Assembly (NCBI RefSeq): GCF_006345805.1
Contig: NC_043003.1
Location: 77,438,001-77,502,000 of the forward strand
Source: Octopus sinensis
Lineage: Eukaryota
Reading direction: 5' to 3'
Length of the DNA: 64,000 nt
The position numbers were made by a program, and so were the translations under genes. Of the stretch, positions 1-10,820 are shown in pieces. Each line of letters opens with the position of its first letter. Position 1 is the stretch's first letter. The notes below the pieces were generated by a model. That model was not told the origin of the DNA and ran no database searches. It was given only the letters and a program-made list of their open reading frames with translations.

Positions 1-141
1 AGGAAGGGCATCCAGCTGTAGAAACACTGCCAGATCTGACTGGCCTGGTGCAGCCTTCGGGCTTGCCAGACCCCAGTTGAACCGTCCAACCCATGCTAGC
101 ATGGAAAGCGGACGTTAAACAATGATGATGATGATGATGAT

Positions 142-143
<2 letters not shown>
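1..143 (+). mobile_element. 3' tail of an RTE-type LINE or its partner SINE, ending in (ATG)n
   Basis: Reverse-complement match to the 3' end of the RTE LINE at 26727-26890; (ATG)n tail at about 121-143. Confidence 0.75.
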
Positions 144-173
<30 letters not shown>

Positions 174-195
174 GATATATTTATTTTATAGAAGG

Positions 196-246
196 AGCTT
201 CTACAGGACTAGTACTGTTTCATTCAAATGAAATCATCAGGAAGCT
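196..246 (-). ncRNA. Mirror-image hammerhead in the left arm of the palindrome
   Basis: Exact reverse complement of 243-293. Confidence 0.65.
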
Positions 247-293
247 TCCTGATGATTTCATTTGAATGAAACAGTACTAGTCCTGTAGAAGCT
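243..293 (+). ncRNA. Type I hammerhead ribozyme-like motif
   Basis: AGCTTC-CTGATGA-tTTCAttTGAAt-GAAA-CAG-tACTAGTc-CTG-TA^GAAGCT: 6-bp helix I, canonical core, helix III with palindromic loop, GUA cleavage triplet; 10.1-11.1 is a U.U mismatch. Confidence 0.7.
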
Positions 294-375
294 CCTTCTA
301 TAAAATAAATTAATTTACTCTGCAATGTATTGAGTACCTTATTTACTGTGGTTAACCCCGACTCAACCCGGGACC

Positions 376-410
<35 letters not shown>

Positions 411-451
411 AAGTTTATTTGCCAACGTAAAGTAGCAGTCCTTTTTAACCC

Positions 452-1475
452 TAGGTCATCCTATAAGTAACATCAAGGCTTCTATATTATCAATTTGTAA
501 ATGCTTGAACAGTATTTTAGAATGTCTAATGGCTTCAAGTAATATTTATATGTATTTAGACATATTTAAACTAATTAAATTTCATTTTGCATGATAATCT
601 AATTGAAATTTCAATAATTATAGCTCTTCAAACATGGAAGTGTCTAATTTATGAATTTATGAATTTATGAATTTATGAATTTATGAATTTAAAAAAGGGA
701 ACTTCGCAGCTGAAGTGGCTTGAAATATTTACTCAGCTTATGGAGCAGAGTGTCTGAATGAAAGAACTTTGTAAAATTCAGAAGTGGAGATTACAGCCTT
801 GAAGATGAGGCCTGAACAGGACATTGAATTGAATTTGATGACAAGCTCCTTTTGGCAGAACTTGGAAAATATCATGCAATTTCAGTTGAAGAATTGGCAA
901 GCAAGCTTCGTTCAAGTCATACAAATGTTCATTACCATCTTCAACAACTTGGAAAGGTCTCAAAACTCAGAAAATGTGTGCCTCATGATTTGTCTGAAGC
1001 CAACCACAAATTCTGAGTGAACATCTGCTCTTCTCTTCATTCTCATGAATTCACCTCACCCTTTTTGGACAGACTGGTGATAAAAAAATGTTTTTTTTTT
1101 TATCAAAATGTTAAGTGTTGTAAACATTGGCTTGATGAAGGGAAAAAGACCTAAACACTACTAAAATGGGAACTTCATGCAAAGAATGTTCTTCACTCTG
1201 TTTGGTGGAATTGTAAAGGAGTCATCCACTTTGAGTTGCTACAATCTAATTCTACAATCAATGCTCAAACCTACTGTCAGCAATTAAAGCATTTGAATGC
1301 TGCTTTGAAATTGAAAAAGTTTTTCCCTAGCGAGATTAAAAAGCTTACAAGTAGATGGAAAGATGTCATAGATAATCAAGGAAACTATATTGACAATTAA
1401 GTTTTATTTAAATGTAATATTAGATCACTTGTTTACCTTATTTAAAATCCAGACATTAGTTATGGGATGACCTGA
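452..1475 (+). mobile_element. Degraded, internally deleted mariner transposon
   Basis: Imperfect TIRs (taggtcatcctataag / ttatgggatgacctg); transposase remnants KFRSGDYSLEDE, HLQQLGKVSK, CVPHDLSE, SVWWNCKGVIHFELL, KLTSRWKDVIDNQGNYID with stops and frameshifts; AATTTATG x5 slippage at about 646-690. Confidence 0.85.
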
Positions 1476-1484
1476 CATATATAT

Positions 1485-1770
1485 ATCATCATTATCATCA
1501 TCATCGTTTAGCATCCGCTTTCCATGCTGGCATGGGTTGGACGGTTCAACTGGGGTTCAACTGGGGTCTGGGAAGCCAGAAGGCTGCACCAGGCCCAGTC
1601 TGATCTGGCAATGTTTCTATGGCTGGATGCCCTTCCTAACGCCGACCACTCCATGAGTGTAGTGGGTGCTTTTTATGTGCCATGAGGCTGGCAAACAGCC
1701 ACGATTGGATGGTGCTTTTTATGTGCCACCTGCACGGAGGCCAGGCGAGGTTGGCAACAGCCACGATCAG
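1485..1770 (-). mobile_element. RTE-tail SINE or 5'-truncated LINE 3' end
   Basis: (CAT)n tail, then the same sequence as 26750-27000, including two copies of the 61-bp repeat unit. Confidence 0.75.
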
Positions 1771-1791
1771 ATATATATATATATATACATA

Positions 1792-1830
<39 letters not shown>

Positions 1831-1832
1831 TA

Positions 1833-1882
<50 letters not shown>

Positions 1883-2725
1883 ATATATGTGTACGTGTGA
1901 GTGTGTTTGTCCACCATTTAACAACCAGTGTTGGTGTGTATATGTCCCCCTAATTAATTGGTTGGGCAAAACAGACCAATAAAATAAGTACTATGCTTAA
2001 AAAAATAAAAACAGAGAAACAGATTTGATTCATTCTACTAAAAAGTTTTTCAAGGTGGTGCCCCAGTATGGCCACAGTCCAATGACTGAAACAAACATAT
2101 AAAAGATTTTTAAAAAATTATTCAAAGGTGACCTGTTTTCTATTATTAACATAATAAACTCCATATAATTGTCATTTATTTTCTACTATTCTATTCCACA
2201 AAAATGAAAATTTTTGTGGCTTCAATGAAACAACCATTTATATTCATACCTTATTATTTTGAGATAGCACGCATAACAAAACCTATTCAAACCCACAAAA
2301 TTAATAAGTTCTATAAAATGATTACTTTTTGAGAACTGTATTAGCAAACTGAAAAAATATATCATATCACCTTTTTACTATATTTTTTTGTGAGTTTATT
2401 CTGATTGATATAGTTTCGCAAGTTTTTTGATATAAGGGTTCATAGTTATAAGAGATAAATGAAAGTCACCTTCATTTGTAGTTTCTAAACGATTATGAAC
2501 TTCAGATGGAAGGAAAGAAATTCAGCTAAGACCTGATTCAGGCAGGTAAGAAATAGGTAAGGCAATGAATGTAATTTTCTTTCAGTTAAAGCAATGAGAA
2601 TTCCATACTAATTTCATACTAGTCATTAGGTTATTAAACCCATGTCTAAATTTAACCTAAGCAGTTTAATTATTCTGCAATTCATCATGGTTTTCTTATA
2701 GCCTGATATCAACATCAGCTGCTAC

Positions 2726-2985
2726 CTAATTTGTAATGTTTATTTTTAAGAGAGCTTTGACCCTTATTTCCCTTATTTCCATATTATTAAGCAATTTCTT
2801 CAAGTTCTCTTCTAGTTCCTTTTCAATCGTGTCAAGGATTGGAAAATGCATAAACTTATGCCTAGTATTTATTCTGAATATATTAAGCTTTCCAAAGAAA
2901 GTTCTAGTATCCACTTTGTAAACTAAATGATTTGTATTTCTATTTTGAAGCTGTTTGTCCGGTAAATCTAGGTACTCAAATACAT
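2726..2985 (-). CDS. Candidate terminal coding exon of unknown protein
   Basis: About 86 stop-free codons in very AT-rich non-repetitive sequence (VFEYLDLPDKQLQ...KELEENLKKLL...ITN*), preceded by a plausible acceptor ttctacctgttag; no family recognised. Confidence 0.25.
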
Positions 2986-3898
2986 CTAACAGGTAGAATA
3001 TATTACATTTGATTGCTAGGTTGACTTTGCCTTTCATCCTTTCAGGGCTGATAAAGTAAATACCAGCTGAGCACTGGGTTGATGTTATTGATTTAGTCTC
3101 TCTCTCCACAAAATTGCTGGCCTTGTGCTAAAACTTGAAGCTAGTTTATTTAAACACAAATCTTTAAAACCATGTTTTTAGTGCTGTATGTATCCTGTTA
3201 TCGAATAGGTCCATTCTATCTTGGTATGTTGTAAGAGGTAACAAAAAGGGTTGGTGACAAGTAAAACACAGTAAAATACCACCTGAAAAAAAAAAAAAAT
3301 CAGACATTTGCCAACATGGAAAATGCTAAAGGTGAATAAAAATTTCTGAAATTATGGCTTGACTTTATCAGATAGAGGTCTAAGAGTAAAATATTTCTAA
3401 AATTTATGGAAAATGAACCAAATATTACAATTTTAATGCATTCAAATCATTTCAGACAGATATGCAATTTCTCAAACCCTCTTGGTTATTATACTTCGAA
3501 ATATTTCCTTTTTATTCTAGTTTTATTTTTAGAGTGAACAATAAGGCTAATAGCTGTGTACATTAATATCCAACTGGATAATGTAATATGATGTTTAGCA
3601 TTGCTCAGACAGACCATTTTGCCTTTCCTTAGTTTCTCAAAAAGTGTATGCTTCCCTTCTAACATGATAATACAGATGTGATAACAATTTCATGGGTTAT
3701 GTTTGTTCAATTTTATTTCATATTACTTTTGAGTGAATTACAAACATCAATTATATACAAAGACAACCAATAGTTTGTAGCTTCAAAAATTGCCTTTACA
3801 TACAAGAAATCAAATATCAAAATATAGACTTGTTTATGAGCCAGTTAAAGGAGTACCTAAGATATCAAACAGAACTCTTCATATTAATTTCTTATATT

Positions 3899-3929
<31 letters not shown>

Positions 3930-5004
3930 CTTGGAAAAGGATGCGTGGCGTTCGACCATATAATAATATAAATAATATACAAATATATGCATATATACAT
4001 ACATATATGTACATGCATCTATATGTATATATACATGCATATATGGGTACAGGGCATTAAAAAAACCTTGAACACAATGAGAAACGAAAACATAAAAACA
4101 AAAACATGGAAACGAACTTTTTTTCAAACAACGAAAAAACAGAGTACAAGACATACAACACTAGGAATATTCCCCTTCTTCAGTTGTCCCTGTTTCGTCT
4201 ACTCCGCGTTTCGAAGGTAAGGACAAAATGCGACTTCGTTGAAACAGTCCTTCTCGCAAAGCAAATTAAATAAAATTTGGGATTTTTTGCGGAGGGGTAA
4301 AAGTGGTCACAAGAACAGGATAGTAGGAACAAAACAAGACAGTAAAAACAATAAAAGTAAAAGCAGTAAAACACAACAAAGAGAATAACACAGTAAAAAC
4401 AAACGATTTTCATATCCTCTTATTCTTTTCAGTATGACTTGTCGACCACCACTAAAATTAATGAACTTTGTACATTCAAACAAATTGATATACAGTTTTA
4501 ATATTATTGACTGCAATGAACATTCAAACTTACACCTGTCCTCCTAATTCATAATGCTAAATTTATCTGTTTTGAACATGTTAATTTGTAAACATTGAAA
4601 CTTTTATAGATGTTTTTCTAATTCATAGCTTTAAACTTTTACCATTGATAAACAAAAAATATTGTTGAAACTAGATTGGTATATATATAAATGAATGTAC
4701 TTCAAACATTTATGAGCTTTTGAAATTTAGGTACATTTTCAACAACACATTTTCCTATATATATATATATATATTATAGAAATATTAAAATTACTAAGTC
4801 TCTCTAAAGGAGATTACGGCAGCGTTACTGGAAATTAATAGTTATCGCCATACTAATATGGCAGTCTTATAAATATAAGACTAAAGCTGTCGCTGATTAG
4901 CTCCATGAGGCCACCGCCTCAAGCTAGCTATTTGACACGCAAACTGCGTCCATTATAAACCTTCGAACAGGGGAGGTCAGCCGCTTCATCCTGCCAGTCA
5001 GACA

Positions 5005-5047
5005 GCTGCAGACATGTTTCAGGGTATTTGCCCTTTATCAATGCAGC
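5005..5047 (-). ncRNA. Minimal type I hammerhead, U3-A8 core variant
   Basis: Reverse complement of 5372-5414. Confidence 0.75.
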
Positions 5048-5371
5048 GTAGTCAGACCCAGCAGGTGTCGCTACTGACTGTCCCTGTTCGAAGAAGCTAT
5101 TTACCTAGTTTCAGTGGAACACATCCACTTGTTTTCAATAATAGAAATATTAAAATTACTAAGTCTCTCTAAAGGAGATTACGGCAGCGTTACTGGAAAT
5201 TAATAGTTATCGCTATATTAATATGGCAGTCTTATAAATATAAAACTAAAGCTGTCGCTGATTAGCCCCATGAGGCCATCGCCTCAAGCTAGCTATTTGA
5301 CACACAAACTGCGTCCATTATAAACCTTCGAACAGGGACAGTCAGTAGCGACACCTGCTGGGTCTGACTAC

Positions 5372-5414
5372 GCTGCATTGATAAAGGGCAAATACCCTGA
5401 AACATGTCTGCAGC
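5372..5414 (+). ncRNA. Minimal type I hammerhead, U3-A8 core variant
   Basis: GCTGCA-TTGATAA-AGGG-caaata-CCCT-GAAA-CATG-TC^TGCAGC: perfect helices I and II, palindromic ACATGT helix III, GUC triplet. Confidence 0.75.
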
Positions 5415-5583
5415 TGTCTGACTGGCAGGATGAAGCGGCTGACCTCCCCTGTTCGAAGGTTTATAATGGACGCAGTTTGTGTGTCAAATAGCTAGCTTGA
5501 GGCGGTGGCCTCATGGAGCTAATCAGCGACAGCTTTAGTCTTATATTTATAAGACTGCCATATTAGTATGGCGATAACTATTA

Positions 5584-5649
<66 letters not shown>

Positions 5650-7107
5650 CTGTATTACAGGCTGTGATTATTTGGATCACTTAAAAAAAAATCTTTTCTC
5701 TCGGAAGCCGCCGCTGTGTACGCTTTACCATTTGTAGTACAAATGACGACCAAGTTTTGTACAACGTAGAAAATACTCCATCAACATTATCCAAACGATG
5801 CTGATCTTAAATTTACAAATCACTCGAGGCTAAGCCTCTGTGAAATATACTTTCTACAAAATTGAGCTCACTTCACGTAACAATATTGCAACACAACTTA
5901 CCATTTTCTTTTATACTTAAATGGTACTATTTTATATAATATTATCCCCGAAGAAATCAAAGAAAATCTCATCAGGACAGATTCCTCTAAGAAATACCAG
6001 ACAAAACTCCGACACTTACATATATTTCCTCAAATAACTCCTTGCACAAATGAATTATGGTGTTCCAAAATATTGACTTTAAAAGGACTTTTCTCTTGGC
6101 CAATAGTGACCAAAATCTATCTTAGTGATATAAAAGTCTCTAATATATAGTTTTGTAGAATGAAGTTTATGCAAACATCATTTACCATATTTTAATGTGT
6201 ATAAGGAACCCTTTTCAGTAAAAAATTAAGTTAAAAAAATATGGAAGTTGTTTTATACATGGATAGTAATATAATCCCTTACAAAACCTTTTACCCAAAT
6301 TTTAAGCCCCCCAAATTAGGGGGTTCCTTATGCTCATTAAAATTCGGTATTTAATATTATTTCAAAGTAAATTTGATTAGCTATTACGTTACTGCTCAGG
6401 TATATAGTTATTTTACAATGTTATTGAATAACAACTTGTAACAAATCCTGACTATAGTGGTAGCAGAGAAGGAAACTCAAGAATATAAACCAACATTAAT
6501 TTTGAACTTTAATATCACTTAAACATTAACAACGAAATCTTATATATCTTATATATCACTTAAACGTTAGCATTACAAATTTTATCGTACTTTATGGCTC
6601 AGACTACATGACTACGTTACTTAGTTGCTATATGGATTGGAAACTTGCAGTTTGTAAGCTTTTCACTGAAATCTAGTACAATTAATTGTACAAACAACCA
6701 ATCAAAACATCGTTTGGTAGAAAACAGATCTATTTTCTTTCCGTGGCTTGGATAAATCTTGAATGATCAGCGTTAGCCATAATATATAGCAGAGGACTGG
6801 TTAATATGATGCAAGATATTGGTTCCTTACTTCGATATGTTGGAACGTTGATTGAGAAATAATAAGTTCCAAAGTGAATTCATTGTAGATATTGGATATT
6901 TCATTCAATTCCTTTATGTATAAATTGAAGCACATTCCTTCAATAGTTTTATTTAGCAGTATCTATACTAATATAAACGTATATTCACATACAATCTTGA
7001 ATGGAGGTATATAGAATTGATACTCTTAATACTACTTGGCGTACTTCAGCCTTTTATATATGGAATTGTGTAAACTACTGCAATTGTTCTCAATGAACTC
7101 ACATTTA

Positions 7108-7326
7108 CGAGTGGGTCCTGAAAATTTCCTGGCTTCAAAGGTGTCGCGAAGGGCCTGGTTGGAGCCCCAACCTTCCGAGTTCTTTTACAGGGCTTAGAAA
7201 AACTGAAGGACCGCTGAAATAAGTGTGTGAATCTGAGAGAATAATATGTTGAATAAAATCATTAATTTACTGATCCTCTTGTATTTCCTTTTACCCCAAA
7301 ACCAGGAACCTTTCAACACCACATCG
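7108..7326 (+). mobile_element. Short non-autonomous mariner derivative
   Basis: TA flanks; imperfect TIRs cgagtgggtcctgaaaatttcctgg / ccaggaacctttcaacaccacatcg; retains transposase C-terminus (QGLEKLKDR*NKCV...YVE). Confidence 0.7.
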
Positions 7327-7781
7327 TATATGTTTTTTTTTTTATGAAGTCTGGAAACATCGATATTATGTGATTGTTTCTTTCTTAGCCTGTTCATGTA
7401 AATTATGCTTGTGCGAATTTGTCAGTTTTCATTTGAATTACGTAAATTTTGTAATCACATCGCAGGAAAGTCATTTTAATAACTCACAAAGTTGTAAAAT
7501 TAACTTTAAATTTAAATTTATTTCACCTGGTACGAATTTTCGTCACAAAACTCCAATCTGATCATGGAATACAGTTCTTCTATAGCACTTGGAGCTGTGT
7601 CAGTGACCAGGTCCCAGTTGTGCGATGAAAATTTTGATACCTCATGAAGTAAATTTGAAGAGAATTTAACAACTTCGTGTGTTCTTAAACGATCCTTTCA
7701 GAATGTAGTTTTTTTTTCAGTTTCAAAACATGGTCTCAGGACAAGTCACTTGTTTGCCAGCAAGTACATCTCCGATATATA

Positions 7782-7814
<33 letters not shown>

Positions 7815-7865
7815 GGATGCAAAGGATTTAGCGGTACATATGTTTCTGGCTTTATTGGACAATTC

Positions 7866-8282
7866 ATATCAATGCATAATTGATGTAACATGTATGTCAA
7901 TAGCCTTCTTCAGCCGCGTACAATTACCACACCAAAGACATGTATTACGTTATAGCAGGTTTGAGAAGAAGTTTGGGAAAAAGACGAGTTTCGTTGGGAA
8001 TGCAAACTTCATTAAAGATTCACCCCCTTCCACTTCTTCCCTCTTTATCTCAACATCCAACCTCCTCATTCTTTATCGAGTGAAAAAACGGTATGGACGT
8101 TTTGTTTTGGTGTCTCGCTATGCCATATACGACTATGAGGATTTGCATTCCCAACGAAACTCGTCTTTTTCCCAAACTTCTTCTCAAACCTGCTATAAAG
8201 TAATACATGTCTTTGGTGTGGTAATTGTACGCGGCTGAAGAAGGCTATTGACATACATGTTACATCAATTATGCATTGATAT
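7866..8282. repeat. Long inverted repeat: 141-bp arms (7866-8006, 8142-8282), 135-bp spacer
   Basis: Arms are reverse complements with one mismatch; (TA)n tract just upstream. Confidence 0.95.
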
Positions 8283-8299
8283 ATCTAAAATATCTAAGA

Positions 8300-8620
8300 G
8301 ACTCCGCCGGTTACGACGACGAGGGTCCCAGCTGATACGATCAACGGAACAGCTTGCTCGTGAAATTAACGTGCAAATGGCTGAGCATTCCACAGACACG
8401 TGTACCCTTAACGTAGTTCTCCGGGATAATCAGCGTGACACAGAGAGTGACAAGGCTGACCCTTTGAAATACAAGTACAACTCATTTTTGCCAGCTAAGT
8501 GGACTGGAGCAACGTGAAATAAAGTGTCTTGCTCAAGGACACAACGCGTCGCCGGGAATCGAACTCACAACCTTACGATCATGAGCCGAATGCCCTAACC
8601 ACTAAGCCACGCGCCCTCAC
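8300..8620 (-). mobile_element. tRNA-derived SINE, family A
   Basis: A box (TGGCTTAGTGG) and B box (GTTCGATTCC); body shared with 12263-12645, 36890-37207, 52644-52968. Confidence 0.8.
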
Positions 8621-8757
8621 TAGCATTGATATAAATTGTCCAATAAAGCCAGAAACATATGTACCGCTAAATTCTTTGCATCCTGTTTTTCTTTTAATAA
8701 ATATACCCTAACTGGCATATAAAAGTGCTTACAGTTATCAAGTATTCACCCTGAATT

Positions 8758-8789
<32 letters not shown>

Positions 8790-8790
<1 letters not shown>

Positions 8791-8955
8791 TGAGATTCTT
8801 TCCCGAGACATTCTAATCACATGTCCGTAGTACTGGAGCTGTAACCGCTCAATACAGAGAAACAGCGGCTCCACTTGGAGAGACTCCCTGATTTCTGAGT
8901 TACGCATTCTGTCGTGTAATGTTACCCCAAAAATCTTTCGGAAGAACCCCATTTC
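8790..8955 (-). mobile_element. RTE LINE RT C-terminal fragment
   Basis: FFRKIFGVTLHDRMRNSEIRESLQVEPL...LQYYGHVIRM, typical of the post-RT region of RTE elements. Confidence 0.75.
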
Positions 8956-9329
8956 GTCAGTTTGTATTGTTTTGATAATTTCGTTTGTTCCCGACCCATT
9001 TATTTTAATCCTTATTTTTCATCAACAATTTTAATAAATCAGTCAATAATATATTCTTCTTCATTGTTTACGACTTCTTATCAACATTCCAGTCGCTTGT
9101 CAATGCCTTGACGGTTAGAATTCACAGCGTCTTAACTCGAAGAATTCATCGAGCCGTGTTTTCAGTTCCTGCTGTTGATGAATGAAATGCCTCGCAGACT
9201 GTTGGAAAATGACCAGAAGGTGCTATACCAAGAGAATACGATGGGTACGGTAGCATTTCGCAACCAAACCCATAAATAGCGTTTTCAGTCAAATCAGCGA
9301 TGTAGGAGCGAACATTGTCGTGTTGAAGA

Positions 9330-9655
9330 TTATTTCAGCTAGATTGCCTATCGAATGAAGGTGACGGATAATAATGGTATCATGAAACGATCTGGTCTGC
9401 TGGGCCAATTCCCGAATGAATTGGCGCAGACCTTCGTGAATGAAATGGCTCAAACGATCGTCATTGAACTTAACAGGCTGACCGGAATGCAGAGAGTCCG
9501 TGAGATCGAATTTCTTTCCCATTTCTGTTCACGTCTTCTCTGTACACAGCAGAAATGTCGCATATGGCATTAGCAGCTTTGAGAATTTTGACTGAAAGCG
9601 AAGAGAAGCAGGTGTTAAAAAAGGCACATGCTTTTTCTACTTGGCACTCTATTTA
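9330..9655 (-). mobile_element. Mariner transposase N-terminal fragment
   Basis: ECQVEK...HLLLFAF..., FDLTDSLHSGQPVKFNDDRL, RELAQ, IIRHLHSIG (HTH region), with frameshifts. Confidence 0.75.
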
Positions 9656-9674
9656 ATACTATTACCATTTACAA

Positions 9675-9843
9675 TTTTACTTGTTTCAGTCAGTTGACTG
9701 CGGCCATGCTGGAGCACCGCCTTTAGTCGAGCAAATCGACCCCAGGACTTATTCTTTGTAAGCCTAGTACTTATTCTATCGGTCTCTTTTGCCGAACCGC
9801 TAAGTTACTGGGATGTAAACACACCAGCATCGGTTGTCAAACC
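9675..9843 (-). mobile_element. SINE family B, 3' part
   Basis: Near-identical to 24270-24420, 44463-44640, 48380-48550. Confidence 0.75.
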
Positions 9844-9965
9844 CATTAAACTCTTGATGAAGGTATTTTACGTGTTAAGTCAAATAGCAGTGGAAAGAAA
9901 CGAACGAATTTATCTGACAATCTAATATGTACATTTTGTTGCTCATACAAGCCTATTGCTGATAA

Positions 9966-10402
9966 CACTCTGTAACAAAATTTTTATTTTACGTCTTTGG
10001 TCAGAAAGAGTTATTTCCTATTTGCTTCTATTTAGAAATAAAAAAGAAATGACAACTATTCCCTTCAAGCTTTGCTTTTGTGACCTGGACATCACCGTTT
10101 TGAAACTGATGTATTCTCTATTACATTTCAAATAAATTCAGTATTGAGTTGCTGAAGCAGAAATATCGTATAGCAAATATTCTGCTCAATACAACAGATT
10201 TTCTTGTTAGTTGCCTGACCGTAACCACTTGAGCATGTCCCTTAGCGGCTGACATATGTGCATCTCTGATCATGAGCAAGAGTAGTGGGGGATAAATGTA
10301 ACAAAAACAACGTTTGAAGGAAATATTAGCCATATTTGATATTTTCTAAGCAAATAGGAAATAATAGTTACTACCCACGAACAAAAATCGTGTTACACAG
10401 TG
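9966..10402. mobile_element. Non-autonomous Chapaev3-like (CMC) element
   Basis: TAA on both sides; TIRs cactctgtaac / gttacacagtg; related copies at 32183-33047 and about 56230-56510. Confidence 0.7.
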
Positions 10403-10435
10403 TAATGTTTGAGAATGTCTAACAGTATATTGGAT

Positions 10436-10820
10436 GGAAGCACTCCGTCGGTTACGACGATGAGGGTTCCGGTTGATCCGAATCAACGGAACAGCCTGCT
10501 CGTGAAATTAACGTGTAAGTGGCTGAGCACTCCACAGACACGTGCACCCTTAACGTAGTTCTCGAGGATATTCAGCGTGACACAGAGAGTGACAAGGCCG
10601 GCCCCCTTGAAATACAGCTACAACAGAAACAGGAAGTAAGAGTGAGAGAAAGTTGTGGTGAAAGAGTACAGCAGGGATCACCACCATCCCCTGCCGGAGC
10701 CTTGTGGAACTTTTAGGTGTTTTCGCTCAATAAACACTCACAACGCCCGGTCTGGGAATCGAAACCGCGATTCTATGACCGCGAGTCCGCTGCCCTAACC
10801 ACTGGGCCATTGCGCCTCCA
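10436..10820 (-). mobile_element. tRNA-derived SINE, family A (long variant)
   Basis: Near-identical reverse complement of 12263-12645. Confidence 0.85.

Larger units (their letters stand above)
179..377. mobile_element. Fold-back element in (TA)n, Penelope pseudo-LTR-like; 132-bp perfect palindrome at 179-310
   Basis: 66-bp arms with no spacer, centred on AAGCTT (242-247); (TA)n on both sides; contains hammerhead folds. Confidence 0.7.
4777..5587. mobile_element. Penelope pseudo-LTR-like cluster: tandem plus inverted copies in (TA)n
   Basis: A(4777-4972) B(4973-5081) IR(5082-5093) C A(5142-5337) B-reversed(5338-5446) A-reversed(5447-5587); (TA)n on both sides; hammerhead in B. Confidence 0.75.

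Noticed and set aside
2506-2545. Possible + strand 40-nt exon with AG|GTAAG donor
   Set aside because: Weak acceptor, very short, no recognisable peptide; needs RNA-seq.
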